A DNA stretch of 64,000 nucleotides from Octopus sinensis (GCF_006345805.1 NC_042997.1:205654001-205718000), one strand, 5' to 3'; shown: positions 48,034 to 62,518, counted from the first letter of the stretch. The notes: generated by a model not told the origin, from the sequence alone. A program made the numbers and translations.

Positions 48034-51000
48034 TCACAAACTAACATTTCATCATCTACTACTGGATCACCTCCTCCAATGCCCTCTCTGCTATGGCAAG
48101 ACCCCTCTTTCTGTCTCTCTGTCACACTCTAACATTTCATCATCTACTACTGGATCACCACCTCCAATGCCCTCTCTGTTATGGCAAGACCCCTCTTTCT
48201 GTCTCTCTGTCACACTCTAACATTTCATCATCTACTACTGGATCACCTCCTCCAATGCCCTCTCTGTTATGGCAAGACCCCTCTTTCTGTCTCTCTGTCA
48301 CACTCTAACATTTCATCATCTACTACTGGATCACCACCTCCAATGCCCTCTCTGTTATGGCAAGACCCCTCTTTCTGTCTCTCTGTCACACTCTAACATT
48401 TCATCATCTACTACTGGATCACCTCCTCCAATGCCCTCTCTGTTATGGCAAGACCCCTCTTTCTGTCTCTCTGTCACACTCTAACATTTCATCATCTACT
48501 ACTGGATCACCTCCTCCAATGCCCTCTCTGTTATGGCAAGACCCCTCTTTCTGTCTCTCTGTCACACTCTAACATTTCATCATCTACTACTGGATCACCT
48601 CCTCCAATGCCCTCTCTGTTATGGCAAGACCCCTCTTTCTGTCTCTCTGTCACACTCTAACATTTCATCATCTACTACTGGATCACCTCCTCCAATGCCC
48701 TCTCTGTTATGGCAAGACCCCTCTTTCTGTCTCTCTGTCACACTCTAACATTTCATCATCTACTACTGGATCACCTCCTCCAATGCCCTCTCTGTTATGG
48801 CAAGACCCCTCTTTCTGTCTCTCTGTCACATCTAACATTTCATCATCTACTACTGGATCACCACCTCCAATGTCCTCTCTGTTATGGCAAGACCCCTCTT
48901 TCTGTCTCTCTGTCACACTCTAACATTTCATCATCTACTACTGGATCACCTCCTCCAATGCCCTCTCTGTTATGGCAAGACCCCTCTTTCTGTCTCTCTG
49001 TCACACTCTAACCTTTCATCATCTACTACTGGATCACCTCCTCCAATGCCCTCTCTGTTATGGCAAGACCCCTCTTTCTGTCTCTCTGTCACACTCTAAC
49101 CTTTCATCAACTACTACTGGATCACCACCTCCAATGCCCTCTCTGTTATGGCAAGACCCCTCTTTCTGTCTCTCTGTCACACTCTAACATTTCATCATCT
49201 ACTACTGGATCACCTCCTCCAATGCCCTCTCTGTTATGGCAAGACCCCTCTTTCTGTCTCTCTGTCACACTCTAACCTTTCATCATCTACTACTGGATCA
49301 CCACCTCCAATGCCCTCTCTGTTATGGCAAGACCCCTCTTTCTGTCTCTCTGTCACACTCTAACATTTCATCATCTACTACTGGATCACCACCTCCAATG
49401 CCCTCTCTGTTATGGCAAGACCCCTCTTTCTGTCTCTCTGTCACACTCTAACATTTCATCATCTACTACTGGATCACCTCCTCCAATGCCCTCTCTGTTA
49501 TGGCAAGACCCCTCTTTCTGTCTCTCTGTCACACTCTAACCTTTCATCATCTACAACTGGATCACCACCTCAAATGCCCTCTCTGTTATGGCAAGACCCC
49601 TCTTTCTGTCTCTCTGTCACACTCTAACATTTCATCATCTACTACTGGATCACCTCCTCCAATGCCCTCTCTGTTATGGCAAGACCCCTCTTTCTGTCTC
49701 TCTGTCACACTCTAACATTTCATCATCTACTACTGGATCACCACCTCCAATGCCCTCTCTGTTATGGCAAGACCCCTCTTTCTGTCTCTCTGTCACACTC
49801 TAACATTTCATCATCTACTACTAGATCACCACCTCCAATGCCCTCTCTGTTATGGCAAGACCCCTCTTTCTGTCTCTCTGTCACACTCTAACATTTCATC
49901 ATCTACTACTGGATCACCTCCTCCAATGCCCTCTCTGTTATGGCAAGACCCCTCTTTCTGTCTCTGTCACACTCTAACATTTCATCATCTACTACTGGAT
50001 CACCTCCTCCAATGCCCTCTCTGTTATGGCAAGACTCCTCTTTCTGTCTCTCTTTCACACTCTAACATTTCATCATCTACTACTGGATCACCTCCTCCAA
50101 TGCCCTCTCTGTTATGGCAAGACCCCTCTTTCTGCCGCTCTGTCACACTCTAACATTTCATCATTTACTACTGGATCACCTCCTCCAATGCCCTCTCTGT
50201 TATGGCAAGACCCCTCTTTCTGTCTCTCTGTCACACTCTAACATTTCATCATCTACTACTAGATCACCTCCTCCAATGCCCTCTCTGTTATGGCAAGACC
50301 CCTCTTTCTGTCTCTCTGTCACACTCTAACATTTCATCATCTACTACTAGATCACAACCTCCAATGCCCTCTCTGTTATGGCAAGACCCCTCTTTCTGTC
50401 TCTCTGTCACACTCTAACATTTCATCATCTACTACTGGATCACCTCCTCCAATGCCCTCTCTGTTATGGCAAGACCCCTCTTTCTGTCTCTCTGTCACAC
50501 TCTAACCTTTCATCATCTACTACTGGATCACCTCCTCCAATGCCCTCTCTGTTATGGCAAGACCCCTCTTTCTGTCTCTCTGTCACACTCTAACCTTTCA
50601 TCAACTACTACTGGATCACCACCTCCAATGCCCTCTCTGTTATGGCAAGACCCCTCTTTCTGTCTCTTTGTCACACCCTAACATTTCATCATCTACTATT
50701 GGATCACCTCCTCCAATGCCCTCTCTGCTATGGCAAGACCCCTCTTTCTGTCTCTCTGTCACACTCTAACCTTTCATCATCTACTACTGGATCACCACCT
50801 CCAATGCCCTCTCTGTTATGGCAAGACCCCTCTTTCTGTCTCTCTGTCACACTCTAACATTTCATCATCTACTACTGGATCACCACATCCAATGCCCTCT
50901 CTCTTATGGCAAGACCCCTCTTTCTGTCTCTCTGTCACACTCTAACATTTCATCATCTACTACTGGATCACCTCCTCCAATGCCCTCTCTGTTATGGCAA

Positions 51001-54000
51001 GACCCCTCTTTCTGTCTCTCTGTCACACTCTAACCTTTCATCATCTACAACTGGATCACCACCTCCAATGCCCTCTCTGTTATGGCAAGACCCCTCTTTC
51101 TGTCTCTCTGTCACACTCTAACATTTCATCATCTACTACTGGATCACCTCCTCAAATGCCCTCTCTGTTATGGCAAGACCCCTCTTTCTGTCTCTCTGTC
51201 ACACACTAACATTTCATCATCTACTACTGGATCACCACCTCCAATGCCCTCTCTGTTATGGCAAGACCCCTCTTTCTGTCTCTCTGTCACACTCTAACAT
51301 TTCATCATCTACTACTGGATCACCTCCTCCAATGCCCTCTCTGTTATGGCAAGACCCCTCTTTCTGTCTCTCTGTCACACTCTAACATTTCATCATCTAC
51401 TACTAGATCACCACCTCCAATGCCCTCTCTGTTATGGCAAGACCCCTCTTTCTGTCTCTCTGTCACACTCTAACATTTCATCATCTACTACTGGATCACC
51501 TCCTCCAATGCCCTCTCTGTTATGGCAAGACCCCTCTTTCTGTCTCTCTGTCACACTCTAACCTTTCATCATCTACTACTGGATCACCTCCTCCAATGCC
51601 CTCTCTGTTATGGCAAGACCCCTCTTTCTGTCTCTCTGTCACACTCTAACCTTTCATCAACTACTACTGGATCACCACCTCCAATGCCCTCTCTGTTATG
51701 GCAAGACCCCTCTTTCTGTCTCTCTGTCACACTCTAACATTTCATCATCTACTATTGGATCACCTCCTCCAATGCCCTCTCTGCTATGGCAAGACCCTCT
51801 TTCTGTCTCTCTGTCACACTCTAACCTTTCATCATCGACTACTGGATCACCACCTCCAATGCCCTCTCTGTTATGGCAAGACCCCTCTTTCTGTCTCTCT
51901 GTCACACTCTAACATTTCATCATCTACTACTGGATCACCACCTCCAATGCCCTCTCTGTTATGGCAAGACCCCTCTTTCTGTCTCTCTGTCACACTCTAA
52001 CATTTCATCATCTACTACTGGATCACCTCATCCAATGCCCTCTCTGTTATGGCAAGACCCCTCTTTCTGTCTCTCTGTCACACTCTAACATTTCATCATC
52101 TACTACTGGATCACCACCTCCAATGCCCTCTCTGTTATGGCAAGACCCCTCTTTCTGTCTCTCTGTCACACTCTAACATTTCATCATCTACTGCTGGATC
52201 ACCTCCTCCAATGCCCTCTCTGTTATGGCAAGACCCCTCTTTCTGTCTCTCTGTCACACACTAACATTTCATCGTCTACTACTGGATCACCTCCTCCAAT
52301 GCCCTCTCTGCTATGGCAAGACCCCTCTTTCTGTCTCTCTGTCACACTCTAACATTTCATCGTCTACTACTGGATCACCACCTCCAATGCCCTCTCTGTT
52401 ATGGCAAGACCCCTCTTTCTGTCTCTCTGTCACACTCTAACATTTCATCATCTACTACTGGATCACATCCTCCAATGCCCTCTCTGTTATGGCAAGACCA
52501 CTCTTTCTGTCTCTCTGTCACACTCTTACCTTTCATCATCTACTACTGGATCACCACCTCCAATGCCCTCTCTGTTATGGCAAGACCCCTCTTTCTGTCT
52601 CTCTGTCACACTCTAACATTTCATCATCTACTACTGGATCACCTCCTCCAATGCCCTCTCTGTTATGGCAAGACCCCTCTTTCTGTCTCTCTGTCACACT
52701 CTAACATTTCATCATCTACTACTGGATCACCACCTCCAATGCCCTCTCTGTTATGGCAAGACCCCTCTTTCTGTCTCTCTGTCACACTCTAACATTTCAT
52801 CATCTACTACTGGATCACCTCCTCCAATGCCCTCTCTGTTATGGCAAGACCCCTCTTTCTGTCTCTCTGTCACACACTAACATTTCATCATCTACTACTG
52901 GATCACCTCCTCCAATGCCCTCTCTGTTATGGCAAGACCCCTCTTTCTGTCTCTCTGTCACACTCTAACCTTTCATCATCTACAACTGGATCACCACCTC
53001 CAATGCCCTCTCTGTTATGGCAAGACCCCTCTTTCTGTCTCTCTGTCACACTCTAACATTTCATCATCTACTACTGGATCACCTCCTCCAATGCCCTCTC
53101 TGTTATGGCAAGACCCCTCTTTCTGTCTCTCTGTCACACTCTAACATTTCATCATCTACTACTGGATCACCACCTCCAATGCCCTCTCTGTTATGGCAAG
53201 ACCCCTCTTTCTGTCTCTCTGTCACACTCTCACATTTCATCATCTACTACTGGATCACCTCCTCCAATGCCCTCTCTGTTATGGCAAGACCCCTCTTTCT
53301 GTCTCTCTGTCACACACTAACATTTCATCATCTACTACTAGATCACCACCTCCAATGCCCTCTCTGTTATGGCAAGACCCCTCTTTCTGTCTCTCTGTCA
53401 CACTCTCACATTTCATCATCTACTACTGGATCACCTCCTCCAATGCCCTCTCTCTTATGGCAAGACCCCTCTTTCTGTCTCTCTGTCACACTCTAACATT
53501 TCATCATCTACTACTAGATCACCACCTCCAATGCCCTCTCTGTTATGGCAAGACCCCTCTTTCTGTCTCTCTGTCACACTCTAACATTTCATCATCTACT
53601 ACTGGATCACCTCCTCCAATGCCCTCTCTGTTATGGCAAGACCCCTCTTTCTGTCTCTCTGTCACACTCTAACATTTCATCATCTACTACTGGATCACCT
53701 CCTCCAATGCCCTCTCTGTTATGGCAAGACCCCTCTTTCTGTCTCTCTGTCACACTCTAACATTTCATCATCTACTACTGGATCACCACCTCCAATGCCC
53801 TCTCTGTTATGGCAAGACCCCTCTTTCTGTCTCTCTGTCACACTCTAACATTTCATCATCTACTACTGGATCACCTCCTCCAATGCCCTCTCTGTTATGG
53901 CAAGACCCCTCTTTCTGTCTCTCTGTCACACACTAACATTTCATCATCTACTACTGGATCACCTCCTCCAATGCCCTCTCTGTTATGGCAAGACCCTCTT

Positions 54001-55886
54001 TCTGTCTCTCTGTCACACTCTAACCTTTCATCATCTACAACTGGATCACCACCTCCAATGCCCTCTCTGTTATGGCAAGACCCCTCTTTCTGTCTCTCTG
54101 TCACACTCTAACATTTCATCATCTACTACTGGATCACCTCCTCCAATGCCCTCTCTGTTATGGCAAGACCCCTCTTTCTGTCTCTCTGTCACACTCTAAC
54201 ATTTCATCATCTACTACTGGATCACCACCTCCAATGCCCTCTCTGTTATGGCAAGACCCCTCTTTCTGTCTCTCTGTCACACTCTCACATTTCATCATCT
54301 ACTACTGGATCACCTCCTCCAATGCCCTCTCTGTTATGGCAAGACCCCTCTTTCTGTCTCTCTGTCACACACTAACATTTCATCATCTACTACTAGATCA
54401 CCACCTCCAATGCCCTCTCTGTTATGGCAAGACCCCTCTTTCTGTCTCTCTGTCACACTCTCACATGTCATCATCTACTACTGGATCACCTCCTCCAATG
54501 CCCTCTCTCTTATGGCAAGACCCCTCTTTCTGTCTCTCTGTCACACTCTAACATTTCATCATCTACTACTAGATCACCACCTCCAATGCCCTCTCTGTTA
54601 TGGCAAGACCCCTCTTTCTGTCTCTCTGTCACACTCTAACATTTCATCATCTACTACTGGATCACCTCCTCCAATGCCCTCTCTGTTATGGCAAGACCCC
54701 TCTTTCTGTCTCTCTGTCACACTCTAACATTTCATCATCTACTACTGGATCACCTCCTCCAATGCCCTCTCTGTTATGGCAAGACCCCTCTTTCTGTCTC
54801 TCTGTCACACTCTAACCTTTCATCATCTACTACTGGATCACCTCCTCCAATGCCCTCTCTGTTATGGCAAGACCCCTCTTTCTGTCTCTCTGTCACACTC
54901 TAACCTTTCATCAACTACTACTGGATCACCACCTCCAATGCCCTCTCTGTTATGGCAAGACCCCTCTTTCTGTCTCTCTGTCACACTCTAACATTTCATC
55001 ATCTATTATTGGATCACCTCCTCCAATGCCCTCTCTGCTATGGCAAGACCCCTCTTTCTGTCTCTCTGCCACACTCTAACCTTTCATCATCTACTACTGG
55101 ATCACCACCTCCAATGCCCTCTCTGTTATGGCAAGACCCCTCTTTCTGTCTCTCTGTCACACTCTAACATTTCATCATCTACTACTGGATCACCTCCTCC
55201 AATGCCCTCTCTGTTATGGCAAGACCCCTCTTTCTGTCTCTCTGTCACACTCTAACCTTTCATCATCTACAACTGGATCACCACCTCCAATGCCCTCTCT
55301 GTTATGGCAAGACCCCTCTTTCTGTCTCTCTGTCACACTCTAACATTTCATCATCTACTACTGGATCACCTCATCCAATGCCCTCTCTGTTATGGCAAGA
55401 CCCCTCTTTCTGTCTCTCTGTCACACTCTAACATTTCATCATCTACTACTGGATCACCACCTCCAATGCCCTCTCTGTTATGGCAAGACCCCTCTTTCTG
55501 TCTCTCTGTCACACTCTAACATTTCATCATCTACTACTGGATCACCTACTCCAATGCCCTCTCTGTTATGGCAAGACCCCTCTTTCTGTCTCTCTGTCAC
55601 ACTCTAACATTTCATCATCTACTACTGGATCACCACCTCCAATGCCCTCTCTGTTATGGCAAGACCCCTCTTTCTGTCTCTCTGTCACACTCTAACATTT
55701 CATCATCTTCTACTGGATCACCTCCTCCAATGCCCTCTCTGCTATGGCAAGACCCCTCTTTCTGTCTCTCTGTCACACTCTAACCTTTCATCATCTACTA
55801 CTGGATCACCTCCTCCAATGCCCTCTCTGTTATGGCAAGACCCCTCTTTCTGTCTCTCTGTCACACTCTAACCTTTCATCATCTGA
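48034..55886. repeat. 88-bp satellite array, ~89 copies (unit 2)
   Basis: Same monomer as 32364-32826; ORF-track periodicity is 88 nt. Confidence 0.98.
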
Positions 55887-56539
55887 CACAAGCTCTCCTC
55901 TTGCCCCTCTCATAATTCATTATCTTGGTGACCCTGCCAGCACTGGTGCCATGTAAAAAGCATCCACTGCACACTGTGAAATGGCTTGCATTTGGAAGGG
56001 CATCTAGCTGCAAAAATAATGCCAAAACTAACTTTGTTGTGCTAGTTCCACGTAAAATGTACTGAGTCCACTCTGTTGAGTGGTTGGTGTTAGGAAGTGC
56101 ATCCAGCTGTAAAATTCCTGCCAAAACGGACACAGTAGCGAAGGGTAGTTATTTTCCACCTTTCCGGCTCCTGTCAACTGTCCAATCCATGCATGCTTAG
56201 AAAACAGATGTTAAACGATGATGATGATGATGTTGGCAGTGGTACTGGCAAACCTGCTGCTGCCACCAGCATGGCAGCTGTTTTCTCGCTGTTGTTGTCA
56301 CTTTTTCTCATTAATTTCTTTTGTTCCTGTGATGGTGAAATGGGATGACAGAAGCAAGGCAAAATCGCTTTCCTAGGCCTCACATGCACTATTGTTGATG
56401 TTGTTGTTGCTTTTAAGACTTGGCTGTTCTCTCTTCTGGGGGACCAGCTCTTCTTTTCAATGGATGAACAATTCTCGTTCCCCACCCTTGTTTTTTAGCC
56501 CAAACAATTACCAGAATGGCCCCTAAAGGCTACACATGT

Positions 56540-57620
56540 GGGAAAACTAAAATGACGTCATTTTGCTTGGGAAGGATTGCCAGATAGTTTAATTAAATTC
56601 TTGCATTTCTGTGACTTTTATGCTAAAAACTGTGGCTTTAAGTCCAACATAAAATTTACGTCTAGTTTTTCAAAAACTAGCATTGATTATTTGGACACAA
56701 AAGTTAAGTTTTCTGGAGGCAGAATAGTGACAGAGTTACTTTGCAAGCCCATGTCATCCTACATTTACTCCCACCACCGATCATCCACAGCATATAATTT
56801 GGTCAAATCCCAAATCCCAATAGTTGAGGATAAAACAGATTCGTACTGACATAAGGGATTACTAGAAACATGCAAATGTTTTTGCACATCATTATGTCAA
56901 ATGCAGTTACAGTGAATCACGATTAATGGAAACAGCAAATGACATAGCTAAGATTAGCCAAGAAAGTTAAGCCCAATTCACACATAATTTTAGCAAACAC
57001 AATAGAATGTGTGACAGAAATGCTTTAGTGATTAACTGGCATCAAAATTTCACTGGCATTTCAAAAGCGTTGAAAGAAAGTTACCAGCATGTTGCAGAAA
57101 AATATCCTTGTTTCAAACAAATATTTCTTCAGCCACCCATTGTAGCCATTCGACAGAGTATAAGGGACCTTTTAACCTCTACTTCTAACTCCGAGAAAAC
57201 TAACATTGGGGTATCTGCACGCAGTACCTTGAAAAACAGCCGCAAGAGAGGTAAGCCCTCTTCATTGCGCAACAACATGAGTCAAGTCAGGAATCATAAC
57301 AGAAATGTTATGATTTATACAGAAGGTGGGAAATGTAGAGCTTTACATTTTGCCGTGTTCATGGCAGAATGCACGAAATGCAACTTGGTTTATGTTGGTT
57401 GCACAACAGAACAATTAAACAAAAGACTTAATTGGCACAGATATGATGTCAAGCACAATAACAGTAGTTGGACAGAACTTGCCGAATATTTTGCATCAAA
57501 TGGCTGCAATTTTGAAACAGACTTGAAAGGGCATGATGAGTTATTACCATCACGCCCTGGAGGAATGAATAAAATGACAGGAGAATTTCATCATATTTAC
57601 ACAAAACTATTTGATTAAAT
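56540..57620 (+). mobile_element. Degenerate Penelope-like element (RT + GIY-YIG)
   Basis: IKFT, IDYLDT, CKP; ECTKCNLVYVGCTTEQLNKRLNWHR. Confidence 0.8.
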
Positions 57621-57931
57621 ATGCTTCTTTGTTTTCCTTTCCTTTCTCTTTCAGTCTTTTCCTTTTTGCTGGTTGTAAACTTGAAAATTGAAGATTGATG
57701 ATGTCATTCCATCAACATGAGAATGCTGGTTGCCTCGTTCAAATTTTGGATTTGAATTTCTATAATTTTGAATTTCTATGTATCACTTTACATTTTGAAC
57801 TCAACAAAGCGAAGCAAGCTGTCAGAATATCGTGCAAACCAAAAGAATATCTATTGCAATCACATCGTGATCTTTGTATTGTCTATTTACGTTTGTGAAG
57901 AGTTATGCCAATCCTTTTTAAATCCTTTTAA

Positions 57932-57967
<36 letters not shown>

Positions 57968-58169
57968 TTTTAAAAATTTTATCATTATCCCCATCACAGT
58001 TGTAGTGGTGGTGATGGTGACAATGATAAAAATAAAAATAATGATAATATACTGCAGCTGCTAATACTACAAATACTACAACAGCTACTATTCTGATAGC
58101 ACAGGAACTTGAGGGTAAACATGAATTCTGATCACGAACAGCCGACGAGAGAGAAGAAACCCTACTCCA

Positions 58170-59000
58170 TATGGAATTACATGGTCAGTTCCACTGTGGA
58201 ACCAACAAATTAAAAGACAAAGAAGCATCATAGAAGGTGACCTAATAAAAAATATTGAAAGCCTAATCATTTGGGCCCAGGGCTCAGTGGAAAAGAATAT
58301 ATACCACACAAGTGCAACGGATCTCTGCAGAATGTGTGGGAAGAGGGCCGAAAGTAATGCTTGAGAAAGTCTTGCGCAGGAAGAGTTCAAGCGTAGACAC
58401 GACAAAGTAGCCCAAAACCTCCACTGGCTACTATGCCATAAGTATGGATATGAGGTTATGGGTGCTTGGTACCAACATACACCAAAAAAAGTAATGAACG
58501 AAAAGGGGAAGGCAAAAATCCTCTGGGACTTTGATTTCCAGACAGACAAAGTGTTAGAGAACTGAAGGCCAGATATAGAAACCTTTAGGAGGGACAAACA
58601 AAAGTGCCAAATAATCGATTTGCCAGGGCCAGGAGATCAACACATCATCATGAAATAAAGAGAAAAAGGTTGATAAATATGGAAACCTGAGAATTGAGAT
58701 TGCTAAGATGTGGCAGGTACAAGAGTCGAACATAAAGGTTATCCCTATTGTCATCGGAGCATTGGGTTCAATACCATCCAATCTGAAAAAACATCTGAAG
58801 TCCTTAGAGATACCCTGCAATCTAGATGTATTGCAAAAGTCAGCATTACTTGGAATTGTGTAACGTATTGTCTGCCTAAGGTCCTTCTTGTGACTTGACA
58901 AACACTGCAAACCCCGAGTAGACACAATATCTTCGATCAACAATCTCACGATATTGTATACTGTGCAACATCTATAACAATAATAGCAATCATAATAATA

Positions 59001-59052
<52 letters not shown>
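58170..59052 (+). mobile_element. R4/Dong-like RLE remnant (duplicate of 33290-34180)
   Basis: CRMCG, RRHDKVA, ILWDF, IPIVIGALG, then (TAA)n. Confidence 0.8.
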
Positions 59053-59054
<2 letters not shown>

Positions 59055-59570
59055 CCAGATCTGACTGGACTGGTGCAGCTTTCGGGCTCCCCAGACCCCA
59101 GTTGAACCGTCCAACCCATGCTAGCATGGAAAGCGGACGTTAAATGATGATGATGAATAATAATAATCATTAATCATTAATAATTAATAATAATCATCAT
59201 CATTATTTAGTGTCCGCTTTCCAAGCTAGCATGGGTTGGACCGTTCAACTGGGGTCTGGGAATCCAGAAGGCTGCACCAGGCCCAGTCTGATCTGGCAGT
59301 GTTTCTATGGCTGGATGCCCTTCCTAACGCCAACCACTCCAGGAGAGTAGTGGGTGCTTTTTACGTGCCACCGGGACAGGTGCCAGACGGGGCTGGCAAA
59401 CGGCCATGGACGGATGGTGCTTTTTAAGTTCACCGGCACGGTGGCCAGGCAAGGCTGGCAACGGCCAAGATCGGATGGTGCTTTTTATGTGCCACCAGCA
59501 CGGAGGCCAGTGGGGCGGTGCTGGCAACGGCCACAGTCGGGTGGTGCTTTTTACGTGCCACCGGCACAGA
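59053..59570. mobile_element. Two tail-to-tail RTE-tail/SINE copies (59053-59156 +, 59200-59570 -)
   Basis: gttgaaccgtccaacccatgctagcatggaaagcggac and its reverse complement ~60 bp apart. Confidence 0.8.
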
Positions 59571-60065
59571 ATGATAATAATGATAATAACATTAATCATA
59601 TTTATAATAATCAGTGTTTAATAGAGACGGTATGACAAAACACCATAATATTCAATATCAACAAACAAATTGTTTACCTTTTGAATGAACTCCTTCATTT
59701 TCGGCTTTATTTTGGAGATATTCCTCAAATTTCTGTAAAATTCAAAACCATGAGAATCATTTTTGTTTAATTTTTTTGCTTTTTTTAAAGAGAAGAGATT
59801 TAATTTAACAAAAGACAAACAAAATATTTAAAATATTTATTGATTTCTTTCTAATCAGTAATAAGGAAATGAGGAAAATTACTTTGTCACTCAGATCAAA
59901 GATATTCCATCCACGACCTTCCAGTCTACTGGGAGACATGGTATTGCAGTGGATGCGGCACAAAGACCTTCCACACTGACCACTGATGTGGTGTTAGTGA
60001 AGTTAAACATGTGGCAATGGTGTCTTCATGTAGCTGAAGTTGTATTGTTTCTTCTCTCCACTCAC

Positions 60066-60147
60066 CATTCTGATTAAAACTGCTGAGTCTTGTGTTTGCT
60101 GTTGAAATGTCTATCAAGAATGTTGAAGTTGAGGTTCTTTGGTGCAT
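60066..60147 (-). CDS. Candidate linker exon D (unit 2)
   Basis: Duplicate of 35102-35183 with the same donor and acceptors. Confidence 0.45.
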
Positions 60148-61399
60148 CTTGTGTAGCCAAGAATATTTGAGCAACAAAAGCAGAGTACAAGGTAATTATT
60201 TTTTGATATTATAAGCAAGAAGGAGAAGGAGGAGGTCCAACAATTAGGGTCATGGTCATTCATAAGAGAGATGACAAAGGAAAAGAAAGAACTTCAAAAA
60301 CAGTTCTACAGTGGACAGGAATTTCCCTAATTTCTTCATTACAGCATATGGACATAAAGAATGCCTTTTGGTATTAAAACTGCTTCTGTTGCTATTAATT
60401 ATCTTTAATAAGCCTTCAGGCTATTTGTGACATCACTGTCTATATATCGTTGACAGGGAGATTTCGCTGTTATGTTGCTACAGGGCGTCTGTCACTGATG
60501 AACCTGAGAAGAGCGAAAATACATGATCTGGCAGTTCTGGTGCCTTTAGAAGATGATTGTTGTCTACCAACAATATAAATTTGCATGCATTTATGGACCG
60601 TACGTCCATATGAGAGGTCCTCTCAAGGTAAATAAGGTAGTACTTGATGTTCTAACACAACATCCACATTTAGTTGGATATAAAGATTGCTTTTGATATT
60701 AATACTGCTTCTGTTGCTATTACTTTTAATTACCTTGATTTAGGTTCAGTCTCAATGTATGGCACCTTGAGCAAGTGTCTTTAACTATAGCCTTAGGCCA
60801 ATCAAAGCTCTGTGATTGGGTCTGGTAGGCAGTAAATGAGAGACGCCATTCATACATATGTGAGTGTGTCTCCTTGCCTTTACATTATTTGTTAGCTGTA
60901 AATGAGTGTCCCTGTTATGCAAGCAGTGTCCTTTGTTTCTAATATTTTGTGAAGTTCTTTAAAATGCAGAAATAGTTACCTCCCTTGGAACGAGGTGAGG
61001 GTTGGTGACAGGAAAGTCGTCAAGCCATAGAATATCTAACTCCACAAATTCTATCGCACACAGGTGGTGGTGGTGGTGGTGATGGAGATGATGGTGATGA
61101 AGAGGATGCATTCTGTTCTCGTTACTTTTATTGTATTTTTTCAAAAGCTGTTACTGTAATATCATCATCATCATCATCATAAATATATAAGAATGTATTT
61201 ATGTGTATGTCATTAGACAGAACCTAAAGCATTTTGTATTTGAGCCTCGATCTCTCCCCCTCTTTCACATATAGGCCTCACCATGTTCTGTTGGGCTTTC
61301 TCCAATGGTGACGGGGAAAATGCAAACAACTTTTGACAGAAAAATAAATTCAGTTGAGCTGCCCTTCCCCCACAAAATGGATGACAAAACAGGAAGAAC

Positions 61400-62195
61400 A
61401 AACACACCGGTCAACCGCAGTTAATGACATTTTGATTCATTTACTGCTTCTCTTAACACTCTTTTAAATAACACTTGCAGGAACATTTTTTTCCCAATTT
61501 TTCCTTCAGTTCTTCTGTAGACTTGTTTTTAACGTGACAACCATTTATTTTATTGCAGTAAAGATTTACAAGGAGGTACCATAAATTGAACAGTTCTAGC
61601 CAATCTGTACCAAACAGATGAATAATTTTGCTTCACGTGTCTCTCCTCGGAATGTGACGTCGATAAATGTTTTGTCCATCAAATGTAATCTGTCGCCCGT
61701 TACACCACATGCTATTTTCGCTGTTTTGCGTAATCTCAGTTTACCAATTTTTCCCAAGTATCTGCATTTATAATGAAGATGTCACTACCTGCATCTAACT
61801 GTAATTTGGTATTCACATCATTTATCTTTCATGCACGAATTTTCTTGTTTCTCCATCACAATCGATCTCCGCTGAAAACATCTTAGAACTTATTGTATTT
61901 GAGCTTTGCTGTCTTGTTCTACAATGAGAACTCCTGTGTCCCAGCTTATGACAACTATAGCACTTTTTGTTTTTAAAAGGACAATCCTTTTCGTAGTGTA
62001 GGCCTCCATAACCATAACACAGTTTGGGGCCTGATACTTTTTTGGATTCTGTTTTCCAGGGCAACACATTTGAAGTTTTGCAGATGTCTTTATCCGGCAT
62101 TATTTTCACATCATTTACTATAGTCTGACATTCTTCAGTGAGGGTCTGTAGAGATGAATCCTGGTTTGCTTGCTCCATTTTCAAAAGAATCCTTG
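61400..62195 (-). mobile_element. Gypsy (Mag-like) gag-pro remnant
   Basis: ORF 61822-62184 with zinc knuckle CYSCHKLGHRSSHC; LFGTDWLELFNLW downstream. Confidence 0.75.
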
Positions 62196-62199
62196 CCTG

Positions 62200-62420
62200 G
62201 TAAAAACTTTACCAGCAGGCATTCAGGAATGACTCAAAATTGTTAACAAATAGTGAGACAGAACTGGACAGCTTAATCCAGTCTGTGCAGATTTTTGTGA
62301 ATGATATCAAGATGGAGTTTGGACTCTCAAAATGTGCTTCAGTGGTGATGAGACCAAGAAAGCTTGTCAGGACAGAAGGCATATGGATGTCATGTGGGGA
62401 AATTTATAAAATGATTCCAG
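62200..62420 (+). mobile_element. R4/Dong-like RT fragment
   Basis: ELDSLIQSVQIFVNDIKMEFGLSKCA. Confidence 0.7.
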
Positions 62421-62518
62421 ATTCTTGTTTCTATTTTCTTCATTTCTTGCAGAATATGCTTTCGGTAAATTCCAAAAATATCAACATCAAACAACAAACA
62501 ACAAAAACATCAACCAAC

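Noticed and set aside
48034-55886. CRISPR-like array or repeated 71-aa ORFs (MARPLFLSL...)
   Set aside because: Head-to-tail 88-bp monomers with no unique spacers and no cas genes, in a eukaryotic context; the ORFs are periodicity artefacts
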